Shown here: positions 59,496-64,000 of the stretch, in pieces
How the letters are laid out: each line of letters opens with the position of its first letter
How positions within the stretch are numbered: the first letter of the stretch is position 1
Source of the DNA: an uncultured Oscillospiraceae bacterium
Lineage (GTDB): Bacteria; Bacillota; Clostridia; Oscillospirales; Oscillospiraceae
Assembly (NCBI GenBank): GCA_944385095.1
Contig: CALWVS010000008.1
Coordinates: 8,400 to 72,399 of the forward strand
Length of the DNA stretch: 64,000 nucleotides
Direction: 5' to 3'
Translations under genes and position numbers: made by a program
The notes under the pieces: generated by a model
Database searches by the model: none
What the model was told of the DNA's origin: nothing
Seen by the model: the letters and a program-made list of their open reading frames with translations, nothing else

Positions 59496-60533
59496 ATGCG
59501 TATACTTGCAAATCAAAAAACAAGACATCTTTTTTGCTGGATTCTATTGCTTATCACCCTTTCTTCCTCTTTTTCTATTGTTGTCGTTGGCTTACAGTGG
59601 AACGGTGCAGTTCTGTATATATTCACATCTGCAATCTGTATGGGAAGTTTGATTTTAACTGTTCTATACCTATATTTCAGAGAACAGGAGCAAATGATAG
59701 AACATGCTGTCATGCAAATTTTGGAATCCCTTTCCGGCAATCAAAATGCCAGAATCGACTGCGACGATGAGGGAGAATTGTATCGGTTATTTCATGAAAT
59801 CAATTCTCTTGTTGCCATCCTAAACACCCATATAGAAAATGAAAAAAATACAAAATACTTTTTGAAGGATACCATATCCAATATTTCCCACCAGCTAAAA
59901 ACTCCACTGACCACTTTGAATATTTATAATGGACTTCTTCAGGAGGAAGCTCAAAACTCCCCTGCCATTCAGAAATATATTCAACTTTCAGAGCAGGAAC
60001 TAGACCGTATTGAATCCCTTGTGCAAACACTCTTAAAAATTGCAAAATTGGACTCTGGAACCATGGTCTTAGAAAAAACAGTTGAAAATCTTTCAGAAAT
60101 GATGGACTGTATTGAACAACATTTTTCTCATCAAGCCAAACAGGAGAAAAAACAGCTGATTCTTTGTAAGAATGATTCTGTCACGCTTTCATGTGACCGT
60201 GTCTGGCTCATAGAAGCAATCAGCAATCTTGTCAAAAATGCCTTTGACCATACCAAAGCTGGAAATACAATTTCCATTGAGTGGAAAACATTTGCTTCCA
60301 TTGTTCAAATTTCAATCAGAGACAACGGCAGTGGAATCCACGCAGAAGATATTCCCCATATTTTCAAGCGATTTTATCGCAGCCGTTTTTCTAAGGATAC
60401 CCAAGGGATTGGGCTGGGACTGCCTCTTGTCAAAATGATTGTGGAAGCACACAATGGCACCATTGAGGTAGACAGTGAATGGGGCTTTGGCACAACTTTT
60501 GTGATGAATTTTATAATTCCTACAAAATTGTAG
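59496..60533 (+). CDS. Intramembrane-sensing type histidine kinase
   Basis: Two closely spaced TMs with almost no extracellular loop; ISHQLKTP H-box, N box NLVKNA, DNGSGI, GIGLGL. Confidence 0.93.
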   Translation: MRILANQKTRHLFCWILLLITLSSSFSIVVVGLQWNGAVLYIFTSAICMGSLILTVLYLYFREQEQMIEHAVMQILESLSGNQNARIDCDDEGELYRLFHEINSLVAILNTHIENEKNTKYFLKDTISNISHQLKTPLTTLNIYNGLLQEEAQNSPAIQKYIQLSEQELDRIESLVQTLLKIAKLDSGTMVLEKTVENLSEMMDCIEQHFSHQAKQEKKQLILCKNDSVTLSCDRVWLIEAISNLVKNAFDHTKAGNTISIEWKTFASIVQISIRDNGSGIHAEDIPHIFKRFYRSRFSKDTQGIGLGLPLVKMIVEAHNGTIEVDSEWGFGTTFVMNFIIPTKL

Positions 60534-60556
60534 GATGGTTGTTATATGACAGTAAG
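60519..60556 (+). promoter_or_regulatory. Putative response-regulator operator upstream of the ABC genes
   Basis: Palindrome CCTACAA-AA-TTGTAGG (60519-60534), a related half-site AGTAAG 22 bp downstream, and TATGAT at 60562-60567. Confidence 0.55.
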
Positions 60557-60605
60557 GTTTATATGATATTCTTTCATCATCAAATGAAAGAAAGGGGTAA
60601 ACCAA

Positions 60606-61289
60606 ATGAATTTATTAGAGGTCAAACAGCTCTCAAAGACCTATGGTACTGGTGAAGCTGCTGTACATGCCCTAAAAAATGTCACCTTTTCTGTTCCTAA
60701 AGGTGAATTTGTTGCCGTTGTGGGAGAATCCGGCTCCGGTAAAAGTACATTGCTCAATATGATTGGCGCATTGGATACTCCCACATCTGGCAAAGTGCTC
60801 ATTGATGGCAAAGATATTTTCTCCATGAAAGAACGAAACCTGACTGTGTTTCGCCGCCGCAACATCGGTTTTATTTTTCAGAGCTTCAACTTGATTCCTG
60901 AATTGACAGTGGAACAAAATATGATATTTCCAGTATTGTTGGATTATCAAAAACCGAATCAAACATATCTCAAAGAACTTTTAACTGTGCTGAATTTAAC
61001 AGAACGCAAAAATCACCTGCCCAGCCAGCTTTCTGGTGGGCAACAACAGCGTGTGGCAATTGGACGTGCCCTCATAACAAGACCATCTTTGATTCTGGCA
61101 GACGAACCCACCGGCAATCTGGATACCCAAAACAGCAGTGAGGTCGTTTCCCTATTGAAAGAAGCATCTCGCAAATATGAGCAGACCATCCTTATGATTA
61201 CCCATAGCCGAAGCATTGCCCAAACCGCAGATCGTATTTTACAGGTTTCCGATGGTGTGCTGTCTGATTTTGGGGGGTGTCGGGAATGA
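60606..61289 (+). CDS. ABC transporter ATP-binding protein (LolD/MacB/BceA-like)
   Basis: GESGSGKST, LSGGQQQRVAIGRAL, ADEPTGNLD. Confidence 0.96.
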   Translation: MNLLEVKQLSKTYGTGEAAVHALKNVTFSVPKGEFVAVVGESGSGKSTLLNMIGALDTPTSGKVLIDGKDIFSMKERNLTVFRRRNIGFIFQSFNLIPELTVEQNMIFPVLLDYQKPNQTYLKELLTVLNLTERKNHLPSQLSGGQQQRVAIGRALITRPSLILADEPTGNLDTQNSSEVVSLLKEASRKYEQTILMITHSRSIAQTADRILQVSDGVLSDFGGCRE

Positions 61290-63607
61290 GAAGTTACCTG
61301 AGTTTAATTCCAATTTCAGCCAAGGTAAGAAAACGTCAAAATCGGATGACCATATTGTGTATTATCATTTCTGTACTTCTTGTCACAACGATTTTTAGTA
61401 TGGCAGATATAGCAATCCGTATGGAAAAATCACGCATCATTGCATCACATGGCAACTGGCATATCATGCTGAAGGAGCCATCGGAACAGCAGATGGAACA
61501 GATTGCACAACGACCCGATGTGCTGGCGTCCACCCGTTATGATGGGCTGAATTTTGATTTATCAGAAAACTACACAATCAATGGAAAACCCTGTGTGATT
61601 GCAGGTGGAGATGAAGCAATCCTCACAGAAATTTATAACAATTTAACCGAGGGGCATTACCCTGTAAACACAAACGAAATTTTACTTTCTAACCGTGCAA
61701 AAGGACTCCTTTCTCTCCATGTTGGAGACACCATTGCAGTACATACCCCGACTGGAGCCTTTCACTATACCATTTCCGGCTTTGGAGGAGATGTTACTAT
61801 CACATCTGATGCAGATGTTGTGGGGGCTTTTGTCAACTGGGATGCTTTCCAGAGCCTTGTGGAAGCAGAAGGTGAAAAGCTTGCCCCTGTCTATTTTGTG
61901 CGCTTTTCAGAACATACCAATATGCGCAAGGTCATTACAGAACTGAGACAAATCTATGGATTTTCTGATGAGACACTGTCAGAAAACACAGCTTTACTGG
62001 GCTTAATTGGGTTTAGCAGTGACTCTTATATCATGGGAATGTATCTGGTGGCTGCAATCTTATTTGTTATGGTTTTGACTGCGGGTGTGTTTATGATTGC
62101 CGGCAGTCTGAACAGCAGAACCATAGAGCGTACACAATTTTTCGGAATGCTCCGCTGTATTGGGGCAAGCCGAGCTCAAATCATGCACATCGTCAGGCTG
62201 GAGGCGCTTTACTGGTGTAAAACAGCAGTTCCCATTGGTGTGGGTTTGGGCATTCTCCTTACATGGCTGCTCTGTGCATTGTTACGCTTTGGTGTCGGTG
62301 CTGAGTTTACACAGATTTCTATGTTTGGAGTCAGTATCATAGGAATTATTTGTGGTATCATTGTTGGTGTTTTGACGGTACTACTGTCCTCTATTGCTCC
62401 TGCCAAACGGGCAGCAGGGGTTTCTCCCGTTACGGCTGTCACGGGAAACCTTTCTGAACATGGAAGTACATCCCGACCCATCCGAAAAATCTTTTGCAAA
62501 ATTGAAACCACCTTAGGGATTTATCATGCTGTATCCTCTCCCAAAAATTTACTGCTTATGACTGGCTCTTTTTCCCTCAGCATTATCATGATTTTGAGCT
62601 TTTCCGTTCTGGTGCAGTGGGTGCATATGGCACTCAATCCTTTAAAACCGTGGGCTCCAGATGTCTTTTATGCCAGCTCAGAGAATCTGTGTGAAATTGA
62701 AAAAAGTTTTGCTGCAGAAGTGGAAAGCCGCCCCTATGTAAAACAAGTATTTGGGCGGATGTATCAAAGTCTGCCTGCAACATATGAAGGGAAATCTGGG
62801 CAAATTGATTTGATTTCCTATGAGGAGAAACAGTTCTTGTGGGCAGAAGAAGATTTAATTGCAGGTGATATTTCCGCCGTCTCGGAAGGGAGCGGTGTTT
62901 TGACTGTCTTTGACAAAAGTAATTCATTACAGGTAGGGGATACCATTCAACTGGAACAGGTGGTGCTCACTGTAGCTGGCGTTTTGAAGGACAGTCCCTT
63001 TGATACCTCAGAGCAACCCACTGTCATTTGTTCAGAGGAAACATTTCAGAAGATTACAGGTCAAAATTCCTATGCGATTCTGGATGTGCAGCTATCCAAA
63101 GATGCAACAGAGCAAAATAGAAATGAACTTCACGCATTGGCAAATGGTCAGTATGACTTTTATGACCGAGTAGTAAGAAATAAAGACACACAAAATACCT
63201 ACTATATGTTCTGTCTGTTTGTCTATGGATTCCTCACCATCATTACATGCATTACCATGATCCATGCAGTCAACAGCATTTCTATGAGTGTATCTTCAAG
63301 GGTCCGGCAATATGGGGCCATGCGCGCCGTGGGTATGGATGGTCTACAAGTCAAGCGAATGATTGGTGTGGAGGCTGCCACATACACTGTGCTTGGGCTT
63401 CTGGCAGGCTGTGGACTGGGTTTACCACTGCATCATTTCCTCTATACACAAATGATTACAAACTATTGGGGAACCCCCTGGCAAATCCCCTCCCCATCGG
63501 TGGGAGGAATCCTGGTCTTGCTGGTGCTTACTTCCATCCTTTCCCCTTTTGCCCCCGCAAAACGGATTTGTGATATGGCAGTGGCAGAAACAATCAATGA
63601 GCTTTGA
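61286..63607 (+). CDS. FtsX-like ABC transporter permease (two FtsX repeats)
   Basis: Repeated R..QFGMLRCIGA and R.RQYGAMRAVG motifs; large extracellular domains; ATGA overlap with the ATPase. Confidence 0.92.
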   Translation: MRSYLSLIPISAKVRKRQNRMTILCIIISVLLVTTIFSMADIAIRMEKSRIIASHGNWHIMLKEPSEQQMEQIAQRPDVLASTRYDGLNFDLSENYTINGKPCVIAGGDEAILTEIYNNLTEGHYPVNTNEILLSNRAKGLLSLHVGDTIAVHTPTGAFHYTISGFGGDVTITSDADVVGAFVNWDAFQSLVEAEGEKLAPVYFVRFSEHTNMRKVITELRQIYGFSDETLSENTALLGLIGFSSDSYIMGMYLVAAILFVMVLTAGVFMIAGSLNSRTIERTQFFGMLRCIGASRAQIMHIVRLEALYWCKTAVPIGVGLGILLTWLLCALLRFGVGAEFTQISMFGVSIIGIICGIIVGVLTVLLSSIAPAKRAAGVSPVTAVTGNLSEHGSTSRPIRKIFCKIETTLGIYHAVSSPKNLLLMTGSFSLSIIMILSFSVLVQWVHMALNPLKPWAPDVFYASSENLCEIEKSFAAEVESRPYVKQVFGRMYQSLPATYEGKSGQIDLISYEEKQFLWAEEDLIAGDISAVSEGSGVLTVFDKSNSLQVGDTIQLEQVVLTVAGVLKDSPFDTSEQPTVICSEETFQKITGQNSYAILDVQLSKDATEQNRNELHALANGQYDFYDRVVRNKDTQNTYYMFCLFVYGFLTIITCITMIHAVNSISMSVSSRVRQYGAMRAVGMDGLQVKRMIGVEAATYTVLGLLAGCGLGLPLHHFLYTQMITNYWGTPWQIPSPSVGGILVLLVLTSILSPFAPAKRICDMAVAETINEL

Positions 63608-63724
63608 GCGCAATTACTCTATCCTCAGTCGTTCTACCACTGAATCGTTCTGTGCCACCCGACCAGTCACAACTGGAATGGCAATGCCCTGAACCAAAGC
63701 GTTGTCAATAGTTTCTATTATGAG

Positions 63725-64000
63725 TCAAGCAAATTTACACGTTGGCAAACGAAAGACATTCTCATAGAGAACATAAGCAATAATACAGAGGACAATCTGT
63801 GCCACTGTAGAGATGGGGGTTCCCAAACCAATATGGAACAGGGTTGCCCCCTCCATCTGACTCATGAAATACACCACAGGAACACGGACACAAAATGCCC
63901 CTACAATACCCTGTATCATCACAAACATAGTACGACCACAGCCGTTATAATAGCCCACAAAGCAGAACAGCAATGCAGTGAAGATGCAGTCAATGGCGTA
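63725..64000 (-). CDS. MATE family efflux transporter, C-terminal part (runs off window end)
   Basis: Open frame from 64000: YAIDCIFTALLFCFVGYYNGCGRT...RVP...LFHIGLGTP. Confidence 0.8.
   Translation of the reverse strand, partial: YAIDCIFTALLFCFVGYYNGCGRTMFVMIQGIVGAFCVRVPVVYFMSQMEGATLFHIGLGTPISTVAQIVLCIIAYVLYENVFRLPTCKFA

Overview
A 64-kb chromosomal segment of a Clostridia-class bacterium. It looks Oscillospiraceae-like (inferred from protein style; GC about 50% by eye) and probably sporulates (sigH, tepA). From 1 to 56.6 kb it is almost all minus-strand housekeeping genes: tig (partial), thrC, rnhB, rbgA, rplS, trmK, sigH, glmM, ruvCAB, coaE, sua5, prfA, murF, ddl, nfnAB, rmlA, oadA/pycB, coaD, rsmD, uvrC, ptsH, mutS2, hflX, rpmE, addAB and guaB. 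Two accessory blocks stand out. The first is an AT-rich 2.3-kb cassette (about 12.9-15.1 kb) with a Dam-family methyltransferase translationally coupled to an uncharacterised 421-aa PD-(D/E)XK-like protein. This is my best candidate for an undescribed restriction-modification system, and it sits in a host sequence that is strongly GATC-depleted by eye count. The second is a plus-strand block (56.9-63.6 kb) with an MCP, an OmpR-type two-component system and a FtsX-type ABC transporter. Smaller signals outside the ORF track are a nitroreductase split by one in-frame TAG, a 43-aa ORF with its own promoter and SD, a possible leaderless uORF/CTG start for sigH, and a structured oadA leader with alternative pairings. 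I found no rRNA, tRNA, CRISPR array, integrase or transposase. All family assignments are by motif recognition; no database search was run.
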